A stretch of DNA of 64,000 bases from NCBI GenBank assembly GCA_964501235.1, contig CAZCSD010000003.1:4153-68152 (forward strand), in the 5' to 3' direction. The translations under genes were made by a program, and so were the position numbers. Of the stretch, positions 29,421 through 39,166 are shown piece by piece. Each line of letters starts with the position of its first letter. Positions within the stretch are counted from its first letter, which is position 1. Under the pieces are notes generated by a model. The model did no database searches and was not told the DNA's origin. It saw nothing but the letters and a program-made list of their open reading frames with translations. Origin of the DNA: an uncultured Polaromonas sp. (GTDB lineage Bacteria > Pseudomonadota > Gammaproteobacteria > Burkholderiales > Burkholderiaceae_C).

Positions 29421-30132
29421 TCCGCATGCCCATAGCCCGCCTGGGCGGGTGCCCGGTTCGCCGGTGCTGCAGGCCCGCGCTCTTTCGCGTCGCTTCGCCG
29501 AAGGCGCTTTGGATGTGCAGGTACTCAGCGGCGTCGACTTGGAAGTTATGCCCGGCGAGACTGTAGCCATCGTCGGCGCTTCGGGGTCGGGCAAGAGCAC
29601 CTTGCTGCACCTGTTGGGCGGACTCGACGTGCCCACCCGCGGTCAGGTACTGTTGATGGGACAGGACTTCTCAGGCCTGTCGGCGGCAGAGCAGGGCCGG
29701 CTGCGCAATACGCATTTGGGTTTCGTCTATCAATTTCATCATCTGCTGCCCGAGCTCAGCGCGGTCGAGAATGTGGCCATGCCTTTGCTTATTCGCAGGC
29801 AAGCGCGTCACCTGGCCTTGCAGGCGGCCGCCGCTGCGCTGGGCGATGTGGGTTTGGCCCAGCGACTGCAACATCGTCCGGCCGAGTTGTCCGGGGGCGA
29901 GCGTCAGCGCGTGGCCATGGCTCGTGCCTTGGTCACCCGGCCGGCCTGCGTCTTGGCCGATGAACCGACCGGTAACCTAGACCGCGCCTCGGCGTCCATG
30001 GTTTTTGATCTGATGCTGGAGCGGGCGCGTGAACTGAATATGGCTTTTGTGTTGGTGACCCATGACGAATCCCTCGCACGCCGATGTGATCGCTGTCTGC
30101 CTCTGGTTCAGGGGCGATTGCAGCGGGCCTAG
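29413..30132 (+). CDS. lolD: Lipoprotein-releasing ABC transporter ATP-binding protein
   Basis: [51 protein letters not shown]. Confidence 0.94.
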   Translation: MNSPHAHSPPGRVPGSPVLQARALSRRFAEGALDVQVLSGVDLEVMPGETVAIVGASGSGKSTLLHLLGGLDVPTRGQVLLMGQDFSGLSAAEQGRLRNTHLGFVYQFHHLLPELSAVENVAMPLLIRRQARHLALQAAAAALGDVGLAQRLQHRPAELSGGERQRVAMARALVTRPACVLADEPTGNLDRASASMVFDLMLERARELNMAFVLVTHDESLARRCDRCLPLVQGRLQRA

Positions 30133-30151
30133 CGGCCCCGCTGGGCAAGGC

Positions 30152-30172
30152 AATTGGACTCTGACCCCAATT
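30152..30172. repeat. REP-like short palindromic element
   Basis: AATTGG-ACTCTGACC-CCAATT (minus strand AATTGGGGTCAGAGTCCAATT) between convergent lolD and VWA genes; single copy in the window. Confidence 0.4.
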
Positions 30173-30189
30173 TCAAATTTCTGCGGTCT

Positions 30190-31230
30190 TTAAAGGATGC
30201 GGTTGAACCAGAGCAGGGACAGGCCCGCTGCCAGCAGCGCCAACACCGCGCCCAGCAGAGCCAGCAGGCCTGAAATTTCAGTCTCTTTTTTCTGCATCGT
30301 CAGCTTGGAGCTCAAGGTGGAGTAAACCTTCTTGAGATCCTGAGCCGTGCCGGCATAGAAATATTCTGCCTGCGTCCGTGCAGCAATGGACTTGAGTGTT
30401 TCCTCGTCCAGCCGCACCCGCATCGACCAGCCCTCAAAGCCTATGGTCTCGCCCGTCACCGTGCCAATGCCCACGGTGTAGACCCGCACCCCATAGTCGG
30501 CTGCCAGCTTGGCAGCTTCCATCGGCTCCACGCCGGTGGTGCGTTGCCCGTCGGTCAGCAGGATGATGGCGGCCGATCCGTTGGATCCGGGCGCCACCGG
30601 TTCGTACGCCTTCTTGTTGGCCTTGGCTTTTTCGTCGAGGCTGCTGCCCATGGGCCGACTGCCGTATTGCATCTTGGCCAGATCGATATCGGCGTCGGGG
30701 AAGAGTTCGGCCAGCGACATGACAATACCGTTACCAATGGCGGTGCCGCGTTGCATCTGGAACTTGTCAATGGCCGCCACCAGATCCTCGCGGTTGACCG
30801 TGGCCGGTTGCACCACCGAGGCGGTGCCGGCGAAGGCGACGATACCCACTTTCACATGGCGCGGCAGGTCGGCTAAAAAAGCCTTGGCCGCATTTTGTGC
30901 GGCCACCAGGCGGTTGGGCTCAACATCGGTGGCACGCATGCTGCCCGAGACGTCCATGGCCAGCATGATGGTTTCTTGCTGTGATGGCAGTCGGAGGGTG
31001 GCAAAGGGCCGGGCCGAGGCCAGCAGCAGGGCTGCGATCGACAGCAGGAAAAGAACCGCTGGGATGTGCCTGCGCCACGCCGAGGTGCTGCCCGCAGCCT
31101 CGCGAACCATGGCCAGACTGGCGTAGCGCACCGCCAGTTTCTTGCGCCGCCGCATCAGCCAGAAGTACAGCAGGACCAAGGCCGGCAGAGTCAGCATCGA
31201 CCACAGGAGTTCGGGCCAGAAGAAAGTCAT
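30190..31230 (-). CDS. VWA domain-containing membrane protein (BatA-like)
   Basis: N-terminal BatA-type TM (MTFFWPELLW...LLLASARP), MIDAS DVSGS...T...LLTDG, C-terminal TM. Confidence 0.9.
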   Translation of the reverse strand: MTFFWPELLWSMLTLPALVLLYFWLMRRRKKLAVRYASLAMVREAAGSTSAWRRHIPAVLFLLSIAALLLASARPFATLRLPSQQETIMLAMDVSGSMRATDVEPNRLVAAQNAAKAFLADLPRHVKVGIVAFAGTASVVQPATVNREDLVAAIDKFQMQRGTAIGNGIVMSLAELFPDADIDLAKMQYGSRPMGSSLDEKAKANKKAYEPVAPGSNGSAAIILLTDGQRTTGVEPMEAAKLAADYGVRVYTVGIGTVTGETIGFEGWSMRVRLDEETLKSIAARTQAEYFYAGTAQDLKKVYSTLSSKLTMQKKETEISGLLALLGAVLALLAAGLSLLWFNRIL

Positions 31231-31257
31231 GGTCTGTGTGGGAGGATCTGGAGTTGT

Positions 31258-32238
31258 TCAGGCCGCCGCAGCCCCTGTGACCCGACCCCGCAAACGCTGT
31301 TGGCGCAGTCGGCAGAACCGCACCAGGGCCTCGATCAGATCGTCGTCGGTGCGTAGTTCCAGCGCGTCAACTCCGCTGCCCGCCAGGGTCTGGCGCAAGG
31401 ACTGCTCCCTCTGCTCGGCCAGCTGAGCAAAGCGCTGACGGAATCGCTTGTCGTGGGTATCGACCATCAAGTAGTCGCCGGTCTCGGCATCGCGCATGGG
31501 CAAGAGGCCCAGGTCCGGCAGGTGCATCTCCAGCGCGTCGAACAGACGCACGGCCACCACATCGTGACGCTGGGCCAGCTGGCCCAGCGTGCGTTCCCAA
31601 CCCGGCTCGCTGATGAAGTCCGACACCACGAACACGGTGGAGCGCCGGCGGATGCTTTGCGCTGCCGCTAACAGCAGCTTGTTGAGCTGCGTGGCATGAG
31701 GTTGCTGCTGGGGCTTGCGTTCGAGCAGGTGATGCAGCAGGTGCAGAACCTGAAGTCGACCGCCGCGCGCCGGCAAGACGGTGTCAACCTGGCTGCCGTA
31801 CACGATGGCGCCAACTCGGTTGCCCTCGCGGGTGAGCAGGCGCGCCAGCGCTGCCACGAAATCGCGGGCCAATTCAATTTTTCGTGGTCCGCCTGAGCCG
31901 AAGTCGACCGAGGCGCTGAGGTCGAGCAGGAACCAGGCGGTCATTTCGCGGTCTTCGGTGTAGACCCGCACATGGGGCACGTCCATGCGCGCTGTCAGGT
32001 TCCAGTCGATGTGGCGTACGTCGTCGTGGTGTTGGTACTCGCGCAGGTCGGCCAGGTCCAGGCCGTTACCCCGCATCACCGTGCGGTGGTGTCCTTGCAG
32101 CAGTCCGTCAAGCCGCCGCAACACCGTCCATTCGAGGCGCTTGAGCACCTCCTCGGCACGGCCGATCACCGATGCTGCTGCAGGGGCAGCCTCTGGATCC
32201 GGGGCCCCCTTGAGCAGCTTACGCAGCCAGCTTTTCAT
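31258..32238 (-). CDS. DUF58 domain-containing protein
   Basis: GLDLADLREYQ..DDVRHIDWN.TAR, LLDLSAS..FGS, VVSDF. Confidence 0.92.
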   Translation of the reverse strand: MKSWLRKLLKGAPDPEAAPAAASVIGRAEEVLKRLEWTVLRRLDGLLQGHHRTVMRGNGLDLADLREYQHHDDVRHIDWNLTARMDVPHVRVYTEDREMTAWFLLDLSASVDFGSGGPRKIELARDFVAALARLLTREGNRVGAIVYGSQVDTVLPARGGRLQVLHLLHHLLERKPQQQPHATQLNKLLLAAAQSIRRRSTVFVVSDFISEPGWERTLGQLAQRHDVVAVRLFDALEMHLPDLGLLPMRDAETGDYLMVDTHDKRFRQRFAQLAEQREQSLRQTLAGSGVDALELRTDDDLIEALVRFCRLRQQRLRGRVTGAAAA

Positions 32239-33226
32239 GTTCTAGTGGCTTCGATGGGGCCGGTACCCGGGCCATGATGCGTCCGATCACTGCATCACTG
32301 GTCAGCCCTTCGGAGAGGGCCTCGTAAGACAACACGAGTCGGTGGCGCAGCACGTCGGGCACCAGATCGCTCATGTCCTCGGGCAGCACGTAGCCCCGGC
32401 CTCTGAGCAGGGCCAGCGCACGCGCCCCTTCGGTCAGGGCGATGGTGGCGCGTGGACTGGCCCCGAAAGTGATCATCGGTTTGAGGTCGGCCAGGTCGTG
32501 GCGCTCGGGGTAGCGGGTGGCCGAGACCAGGCGCACCGCGTAGTGCATGAGCGAGGGGTCGACATAGACCTGTCTGCACTGGCTCTGCAGGTCAGCGATT
32601 TGCTCCATGGTGGCCACCGCTTGGACTTCGACCTTGGCACCGATCATGCGCTCGACAATGACATATTCTTCTTCGTCGGTCGGGTAATCGACCACCACTT
32701 TCATCATGAAGCGGTCCACTTGCGCCTCGGGCAGTGGGTAGGTGCCTTCGGTCTCGATCGGATTTTGCGTGGCCATGACCAGGAAAGGCCGTGGCACGGG
32801 ATGACTCTGGCCGGCAATCGTGACCTGACGCTCTTGCATCACCTCGAGCAGGGCGCTTTGCACCTTGGCCGGCGCACGGTTGATTTCATCGGCCAGCAGC
32901 AGATGGGTGAAGACCGGCCCCAGCGAGGTGCTGAAGTCACCGCTCTTTTGGTTGTAAATGCGCGTCCCCACCAGGTCGGCCGGTACCAGGTCGGGGGTGA
33001 ACTGGATGCGTTTGAACTGCCCGCGCAGAGCTTGAGCCAGAGTTTTGACGGTCAGGGTCTTGGCCAGACCTGGAACGCCCTCGACCAGAAGATGCCCCTG
33101 CGCCAAGGTGGCGATCATGACACGCTCGAGGAAGCGGTCCTGCCCGACCACGACGCGCTTGACTTCGTACAGGATGCGCTCCATCAACTGGGCGGTTTCG
33201 GGGGGGATGGCTGGGTTTTCGTGCAT
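32219..33226 (-). CDS. MoxR-family AAA+ ATPase
   Basis: EGVPGLAKT, RIQFTPDL.PADL.G, LADEINRAPAKVQSALLE, ATQNPIE.EGTYPLPEAQ.DRF, GASPRA. Confidence 0.95.
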   Translation of the reverse strand: MHENPAIPPETAQLMERILYEVKRVVVGQDRFLERVMIATLAQGHLLVEGVPGLAKTLTVKTLAQALRGQFKRIQFTPDLVPADLVGTRIYNQKSGDFSTSLGPVFTHLLLADEINRAPAKVQSALLEVMQERQVTIAGQSHPVPRPFLVMATQNPIETEGTYPLPEAQVDRFMMKVVVDYPTDEEEYVIVERMIGAKVEVQAVATMEQIADLQSQCRQVYVDPSLMHYAVRLVSATRYPERHDLADLKPMITFGASPRATIALTEGARALALLRGRGYVLPEDMSDLVPDVLRHRLVLSYEALSEGLTSDAVIGRIMARVPAPSKPLEHEKLAA

Positions 33227-33253
33227 GGGAGGATCCTGCTGGGGACACAGTCT

Positions 33254-34162
33254 TCAGAAAGGGGGAATGCCTACGGCTGAGGCCGCGCTCTCGATGGGCA
33301 CGGCAAAACCGATGCCAATAAAGGTGCGCTGCTGCGACGGGTTGTAGATGGCGGTGACGATACCCACCACCTGTCCGTCCATGGTGACCAGCGGTCCGCC
33401 CGAGTTGCCGGGATTGGCCGCCGCATCAAACTGGATCAGATTGCGCATTTCATGCCGGCCCTCGGGCGATCGGAAGGACCGACCGAGCCCGGACACCACG
33501 CCGGCCGATACCGAGGGCCCGATGCCGAAGGGAAAGCCCACCGCCACCACCTCGTCGCCAGGCATCAAATCGGCGGTTGAACGTAGGGTGGCCGCGTTCA
33601 GATCGTCCGGAATCTTGTGGGCCTGCAACACAGCCAGATCGTTTTCGGGCTGCACGCCGGTCACGCTGGCTGTGGTTTCCAGTCCGTCGTTGAATTCGAT
33701 GCGGATCACGCTGGCGCCTTGCACCACATGCAAGTTGGTCAGGATGATGCCCTTGTCGACAATAACCACGCCGGTGCCCACACTGCGTTGCACCAACTCG
33801 CCGGTTTTTTTATCGGTGTCGAATCCAGTCACCCGGACCACCGAGGGCGCAATCGCAGCGAAGGCCTTGGCCGCCTTGGAGGGCAGCGGGACGGTTTCGA
33901 GGGTCTTGAGGACCGCCCCATCGATGTCTTTTTGCGTCAGGGCGCGCGGCATTTGTCCGGCCAGAGCCATCAGGCTGGCGGCGGTGGCGATGGCCAGGGC
34001 GCCGATGAAGCCCCAAAGCAGACGCGGATCGCTCCAGGCAGGCCCGACCAGCCAGCGCCGCAGCCGGGCCAGGGGCCCGGGGCGCCGGGCCGGCGCATTT
34101 TCGGGCGAGACCGGCGGTGCAGTTTGGGAGCGGGAGCTGCTGTAGAGGGCGGACCTTCGCAT
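33254..34162 (-). CDS. Membrane-anchored trypsin-like serine protease (S1C, no PDZ domain)
   Basis: One TM; GTGVVI, LTNLHVV (His), NDLAVL (Asp), ANPGNSGGPL (Ser), GIGFAVP. Confidence 0.92.
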   Translation of the reverse strand: MRRSALYSSSRSQTAPPVSPENAPARRPGPLARLRRWLVGPAWSDPRLLWGFIGALAIATAASLMALAGQMPRALTQKDIDGAVLKTLETVPLPSKAAKAFAAIAPSVVRVTGFDTDKKTGELVQRSVGTGVVIVDKGIILTNLHVVQGASVIRIEFNDGLETTASVTGVQPENDLAVLQAHKIPDDLNAATLRSTADLMPGDEVVAVGFPFGIGPSVSAGVVSGLGRSFRSPEGRHEMRNLIQFDAAANPGNSGGPLVTMDGQVVGIVTAIYNPSQQRTFIGIGFAVPIESAASAVGIPPF

Positions 34163-34298
34163 CGGCTGACCTTTTTCGCGGGCCTTTGCAAAAGGTCAGG
34201 CCCAGCGCATGGAGAGACGCTAACACATTCGCGCGCCCAACGCATCAGGCCCCGGACATGTTCGAGCCGCCGCCAGCCTTCTCGGGCATCATAGGCGC

Positions 34299-35144
34299 AT
34301 GCGCTGGATCGACACCCATTGCCATCTCGATGCCGCCGAGTTTCGCTCCGATGTCGAGGCTGTGCGGCAGCGCGCACGTTTGGCCGGTGTCGAGTTCTGC
34401 CTCATCCCCGCCGTCACGGCTGCGGGTTTCTCCGCCACGCGTGAGCTGGCGCACCGTTTTGGTGACGGCTACGCCTTGGGCCTGCATCCGCTCCACATCG
34501 GCCAGGCCAGCGAGGTCGACTTGGCCGAACTCGAGCGTGCGTTGATACGCCATCAAGATGACCCCCGGCTGCTTGCGGTGGGCGAGATCGGCCTGGACTT
34601 TTTTGTCCCCGAACTGTGCACGCCGCAGATGCGCGTGCAGCAGGAGCGCTTTTACCGGGCCCAGCTGTTGCTGGCACGTCGTCTGGATCTGCCGATCGTT
34701 TTGCATGTGCGTCGCTCGGCCGACCGCCTGCTCAAGCATCTGCGCGAGCTTGCCCCGGCTGGGGGATGGCGGGGGATCGCCCACGCCTTCAACGGCAGCG
34801 ATCAGCAGGCTCTGGGCTTTGCTGAGCTGGGCTTGAAGCTAGGCTTTGGAGGGGCGCTCACTTTCCCGCGGGCCCTGCAGCTGCAGCGTCTGGCTTGCAG
34901 CCTGCCGATACAGGCCCTGGTGATCGAGACCGATGCGCCGGATATTGCGCCTCAATGGTTGTACCGCACCGCCGGGGAGCGCCAGCGGGGTCTGCCGCAG
35001 GCGCGCAATGAGCCGGCTCAGTTGCCCCGCATCGGCGCCCATCTGGCCCATTTGCGCGGTTTGAAGCCCGAGGACCTGGCCAGTCAGCTGCGCGACAATG
35101 CGGTGCAGGCCTTGCCGCGCCTGGCGGGGCTGATCGCCCCCTGA
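34299..35144 (+). CDS. TatD-family hydrolase
   Basis: IDTHCHLD, GLHP, VGEIGLDF, LHVRR, HAFNG, ETDAPD. Confidence 0.93.
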   Translation: MRWIDTHCHLDAAEFRSDVEAVRQRARLAGVEFCLIPAVTAAGFSATRELAHRFGDGYALGLHPLHIGQASEVDLAELERALIRHQDDPRLLAVGEIGLDFFVPELCTPQMRVQQERFYRAQLLLARRLDLPIVLHVRRSADRLLKHLRELAPAGGWRGIAHAFNGSDQQALGFAELGLKLGFGGALTFPRALQLQRLACSLPIQALVIETDAPDIAPQWLYRTAGERQRGLPQARNEPAQLPRIGAHLAHLRGLKPEDLASQLRDNAVQALPRLAGLIAP

Positions 35145-35159
35145 CGGGGTATCGAATGC

Positions 35160-35942
35160 ATGGTTGCTCGCCGCCCATCCTCATCCTCCCAGTCTCCGAT
35201 GCCGGAAGTCTCCTTCAGCGAGGACGGCCAAGTCAGGCATTTGCACCTGGGTACGCCGTGGATTCAGGGCTCCATGCGGCTGGATGCGCCCTTCGATCTT
35301 GAGCTGGACTACGTGCAGCGCATGATGGCCTGGCTGCTGTTTCTGAGCCCGGAGTCGGTGGGGAAGTTGCACGCGATGCAGCTCGGGCTGGGGGCCGGCG
35401 CCCTGACAAAGTTTTGCCTGAAAAAGCTGCGAATGCGCAACTCGGTGGTTGAGATCAATCCTCAGGTGGTGCAAGCCTGTCGGATGGCCTTTAAGTTGCC
35501 GCCTCAATCCGAACGCTTTCGCATCATCCTGGCCGATGCCGCGCGCGAGATCACCCAGGCCGAGCATCTGGGGTCGGTCGATGCCCTGCAGGTGGATCTG
35601 TACGACCATGAGGCCGCAGCCCCTGCGCTGGACAGCGCCGATTTCTATGCCGATTGCCACCGACTGCTCACCGACGAAGGTGTGATGACGGTCAATCTTT
35701 TTGGGCGCCATGCCCGCTTTGAGCAATCCCTGGCTCACATGGCGCAGGCCTTTGGCGAGGCGGCTCTTTGGAGTTTCGGTCCGACCCGGGAGGGCAACAC
35801 GGTGGTGCTGGCTCAGCGCCAGCCCTCCAGGCCGCCGCGCACCCTGTTGGCCCAGCGCGCACAAACCATCGAGTCGCGCTGGGGACTGCCAGCGGGCAAA
35901 TGGCTGCGGCTCCTGCGGCCCCGACAGGTGCAGGCCGAATGA
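35160..35942 (+). CDS. Spermidine synthase-like class I SAM-dependent methyltransferase
   Basis: RHLHLGT.WIQGSM, LDYVQRMM, QLGLGAG, VEINP, VDLYD, VNLF. Confidence 0.82.
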   Translation: MVARRPSSSSQSPMPEVSFSEDGQVRHLHLGTPWIQGSMRLDAPFDLELDYVQRMMAWLLFLSPESVGKLHAMQLGLGAGALTKFCLKKLRMRNSVVEINPQVVQACRMAFKLPPQSERFRIILADAAREITQAEHLGSVDALQVDLYDHEAAAPALDSADFYADCHRLLTDEGVMTVNLFGRHARFEQSLAHMAQAFGEAALWSFGPTREGNTVVLAQRQPSRPPRTLLAQRAQTIESRWGLPAGKWLRLLRPRQVQAE

Positions 35943-36045
35943 GCCGCCTCAGGGTTTCCCAGTAATTTCCTAGGTGAAAGCCACATGGGGATGATGGGTC
36001 AGTGGGTGCACAATCGGCAGGTTTCGCTTTCCTAGGAGTGGTTTC

Positions 36046-36534
36046 GTGAATATCAAGAGTCAAAAGGATTTCGCATCCGGACTGATGTTCATGGTGGTCG
36101 GGGCGGCTTTCGCCTGGGGTGCCACCAAGTACAGCGTCGGTACAGCCGCCCGTATGGGCCCGGGTTATTTCCCGTTGATGCTCGGCGTATTGCTGGCGGT
36201 CTTGGGCATGGTGATCACCTTCAATTCCCTGGTGCTCGAGCGGGTGGGCGACCACAGGATCGGCAAGTGGGCCTGGAAGCCGCTGAGTTTCATCATCGGA
36301 GGCAACGTCATTTTTGGCATCTGCCTGGGCGGCATTCCGCCCATCGGCCTCAAGCCCCTCGGGCTGATCGTCGGTATCTACGCCCTGACCTTCGTGGCAA
36401 GCATGGCCGAGGCCGGTTGGAAGGTGCTCAACACATTCATCCTGGCCTCCGCGTTGGCTGTCGTCAGCTTCCTGGCCTTCATCAAGCTGCTCAACCTGCA
36501 GTTCCCGGTTTGGCCCGCCTATTTCACCGCCTGA
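36046..36534 (+). CDS. tctB: TTT small permease, TctB family
   Basis: IKSQKDF.SGL, ARMGPGYFP, C-terminal FPVWP; AGGAG RBS. Confidence 0.9.
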   Translation: MNIKSQKDFASGLMFMVVGAAFAWGATKYSVGTAARMGPGYFPLMLGVLLAVLGMVITFNSLVLERVGDHRIGKWAWKPLSFIIGGNVIFGICLGGIPPIGLKPLGLIVGIYALTFVASMAEAGWKVLNTFILASALAVVSFLAFIKLLNLQFPVWPAYFTA

Positions 36535-36557
36535 GGGCCTAGCAAGGAAGCAAGACC

Positions 36558-38069
36558 ATGGATCTCATTGCCAATCTGTCGCTGGGTTTCGATGTTGCGT
36601 TTACGCCCATCAACCTGCTCTATGCCTTCATCGGGTGCGTTCTCGGAACCCTGATCGGCGTGCTGCCGGGCATTGGCCCGGTCGCCACCATCGCGATGCT
36701 GTTGCCGGCCACGTACGCCTTGCCGCCGGTTTCAGCCTTGATCATGCTGGCTGGCATTTACTACGGCGCCCAATATGGCGGCTCTACCACTGCTGTGCTG
36801 GTCAATCTGCCGGGAGAGTCTTCCTCGGTGGTGACCTGTATCGACGGGTATCAGATGGCGCGCAAAGGGCGCGCCGGTCCGGCTCTGGCCTCGGCCGGCC
36901 TCGGTTCTTTCTTTGCCGGCTCTGTTGGCACTTTGATCCTGGCTGCCTTTGCGCCTCCTTTGACCGAGGTGGCTTTCAAGTTTGGCCCTGCCGAGTACTT
37001 CGCGCTCATGGTGCTCGGCCTGATCGGTGCGGTCGTTCTGGCCTCGGGCTCTCTGCTCAAGGCCATCGCGATGATTCTTCTGGGCCTGCTTCTGGGCCTG
37101 GTGGGTACGGACGTTAATTCGGGTGTGGCCCGCTTTTCGTTCGACGTGCCCGAATTGACCGACGGCATCGGCTTTGTGGTTTTGGCCATGGGCATCTTCG
37201 GTTACGGCGAGATCATTGCCAATCTGTCGCAGCCGGAACACAGCCGCGAGATTTTTGCCTCCAAGGTGACGGGGCTTATGCCGACCAAGGAAGACTTCAA
37301 ACGCATCACACCGGCTGTGCTGCGTGGTACGGCCCTGGGCTCGCTCTTGGGTATCCTGCCCGGAGGCGGCGCCTTGCTCGCTGCTTTTGCTGCCTATGCC
37401 CTGGAGAAAAAGATGGGCGTCAAGCCCGGTGAAGTACCTTTTGGACAGGGCAATATCCGCGGGGTGGCGGCCCCCGAGTCGGCCAACAATGCGGGAGCGC
37501 AAACGTCCTTCATCCCCCTGCTCACCCTGGGTATTCCGCCCAACGCAGTGATGGCCCTCATGGTTGGCGCCATGACCATCCACAACATCCAACCCGGCCC
37601 GCAGGTGATGACCAGCAATCCGCAGTTGTTCTGGGGCCTGATCGCCTCCATGTGGATCGGTAATGCCATGCTGGTGATTCTCAACCTGCCTTTAATCGGC
37701 ATCTGGATCAAGCTGCTGACGGTACCCTACCGGTATCTGTTTCCGGCCATCGTGTTGTTTTGCGCCATCGGCGTCTATTCCACCAACAACAACACCTGGG
37801 ATGTCTGGATGGTGGCCTTGTTTGGCGTGATTGGCTACGCCTTTATCAAGCTCGGTTGTGAGCCGGCGCCCTTGTTGCTGGGCTTTATCCTCGGGCCCAT
37901 GATGGAGGAAAACCTCAGGCGGGCCCTCTTGTTGTCGCGCGGCGACTGGTCGGTTTTTGTCACTCGGCCTCTCTCGGCCACCTTGCTGGCCATGGCGGTG
38001 CTGATGCTCATCATCGTCCTGCTGCCTTCGGTCAAAAGCAAGCGGCAGGAGGCTTTTGTCGAGGACTGA
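36558..38069 (+). CDS. tctA: TTT large permease, TctA family
   Basis: GTLIGVLPGIGP, YYGAQYGGS, NLPGESSS, APESANNA, LTLGIP, PGPQV. Confidence 0.95.
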   Translation: MDLIANLSLGFDVAFTPINLLYAFIGCVLGTLIGVLPGIGPVATIAMLLPATYALPPVSALIMLAGIYYGAQYGGSTTAVLVNLPGESSSVVTCIDGYQMARKGRAGPALASAGLGSFFAGSVGTLILAAFAPPLTEVAFKFGPAEYFALMVLGLIGAVVLASGSLLKAIAMILLGLLLGLVGTDVNSGVARFSFDVPELTDGIGFVVLAMGIFGYGEIIANLSQPEHSREIFASKVTGLMPTKEDFKRITPAVLRGTALGSLLGILPGGGALLAAFAAYALEKKMGVKPGEVPFGQGNIRGVAAPESANNAGAQTSFIPLLTLGIPPNAVMALMVGAMTIHNIQPGPQVMTSNPQLFWGLIASMWIGNAMLVILNLPLIGIWIKLLTVPYRYLFPAIVLFCAIGVYSTNNNTWDVWMVALFGVIGYAFIKLGCEPAPLLLGFILGPMMEENLRRALLLSRGDWSVFVTRPLSATLLAMAVLMLIIVLLPSVKSKRQEAFVED

Positions 38070-38090
38070 GCTGGCCTGGCTGCCCGCTGA

Positions 38091-38118
38091 GCGGCTCCTT
38101 CGGGGGCCGTTTTCATTT
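38091..38118 (+). terminator. Intrinsic terminator after tctA
   Basis: GCGGCTCC-TTCG-GGGGCCGT stem with a cUUCGg tetraloop, followed by TTTCATTT. Confidence 0.7.
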
Positions 38119-38186
38119 CACAGGAGCCTGCTGGGCAATGGGGGGCAGTGCGCGCACCTGTGTTGGGGCTCTGCCAAAATAAGTCT

Positions 38187-39161
38187 ATGAACAAACGTCA
38201 CTTTCTTTCGCGGGCGCTTGCATCCCTGTCGGCCGGTCTTGCAATTCCCCCCGCGTTCGCGCAAAGCTACCCAGCCAAGCCTATCCGCCTGGTGGTGCCT
38301 TTCCCGCCGGGAGGCGCGACCGATCTGTTTGCGCGCACGGTCTCGCAAAAGCTCGCCGACCGATTGGGTCAGCCGGTGGTGGTCGACAACAGGCCCGGTG
38401 CCGGCGGGACTTTGGGCTCGGACATCGTGGCCAAGGCGCCCGCCGACGGGTATACCTTGCTGCTGTCGACCAGCAGCACGCATTCGATCGGGCCCAACCT
38501 CAATCCCAAGATCCCCTATGACGCGGTGCGCGACTTCACCCCGATCTCGCACCTGGGCAATGCTCCGAGCATCATGCTGGTCCCCAACACCTCGCCGGCC
38601 AAGACCGTCAAGGATTGGATAGATCATGCGCGCAAGAACCCGGGCCGTCTCAACTATGCCTCCAGCGGCAACGGTACCATCGTTCACCTGACGGCTGAGT
38701 TGTTCAAGTCGCAGGCGCAAGTGTTCGTCCTGCACATTCCGTATCGGGGTACGGCTCTGGCCATTCCCGATCTGGTCAGCGGCAAGATCGATGTCCTGTT
38801 CGACTCCTTGCCGACCGGTCTGCCGCATGTCAAGGAGGGCCGACTGCGCGCGCTGGGCGTGACCTCGGCCAAGCGCACGCCACTGGCGCCGGACCTGCCG
38901 CCCATTTCCGATGTTTTGCCGGGTTATGAGTCGGTGACCTGGTTTGGCCTTTTTGGCCCTCGGGGTCTACCGGCCGATATGGTGCAGCGGCTCAATACGG
39001 CGGCCACCCAGGTGCTCAGTGACCCCGATGCGGTCGACAGACTGACTCGGCTGGGCATCGAGCCGGCCGGTGGCCCCCCGGCGCAGTTTTCGCGCATGTT
39101 GGCCGGTGAGTCCGCCAAGTGGAAAAAGATCATCGACGAGCGCAAGATCACGCTCGAGTGA
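38187..39161 (+). CDS. Bug/TctC family substrate-binding protein
   Basis: KRHFL leader; YPAKPIRLVVPFPPGGATD, NRPGAGG, APADGYT, HIPYRG. Confidence 0.94.
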   Translation: MNKRHFLSRALASLSAGLAIPPAFAQSYPAKPIRLVVPFPPGGATDLFARTVSQKLADRLGQPVVVDNRPGAGGTLGSDIVAKAPADGYTLLLSTSSTHSIGPNLNPKIPYDAVRDFTPISHLGNAPSIMLVPNTSPAKTVKDWIDHARKNPGRLNYASSGNGTIVHLTAELFKSQAQVFVLHIPYRGTALAIPDLVSGKIDVLFDSLPTGLPHVKEGRLRALGVTSAKRTPLAPDLPPISDVLPGYESVTWFGLFGPRGLPADMVQRLNTAATQVLSDPDAVDRLTRLGIEPAGGPPAQFSRMLAGESAKWKKIIDERKITLE

Positions 39162-39166
39162 GCACG

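Noticed and set aside
28104..29636. 510-aa minus-strand ORF (likewise 16996-18198, 7263-8414, 55968-57107, 39833-40909 and many other overlapping ORFs)
   Set aside because: They lie opposite or out of frame to well-supported genes and have composition typical of non-coding frames
28167..30132. Single Lol permease gene instead of lolC plus lolE
   Set aside because: A single homodimeric permease is the normal arrangement in Betaproteobacteria
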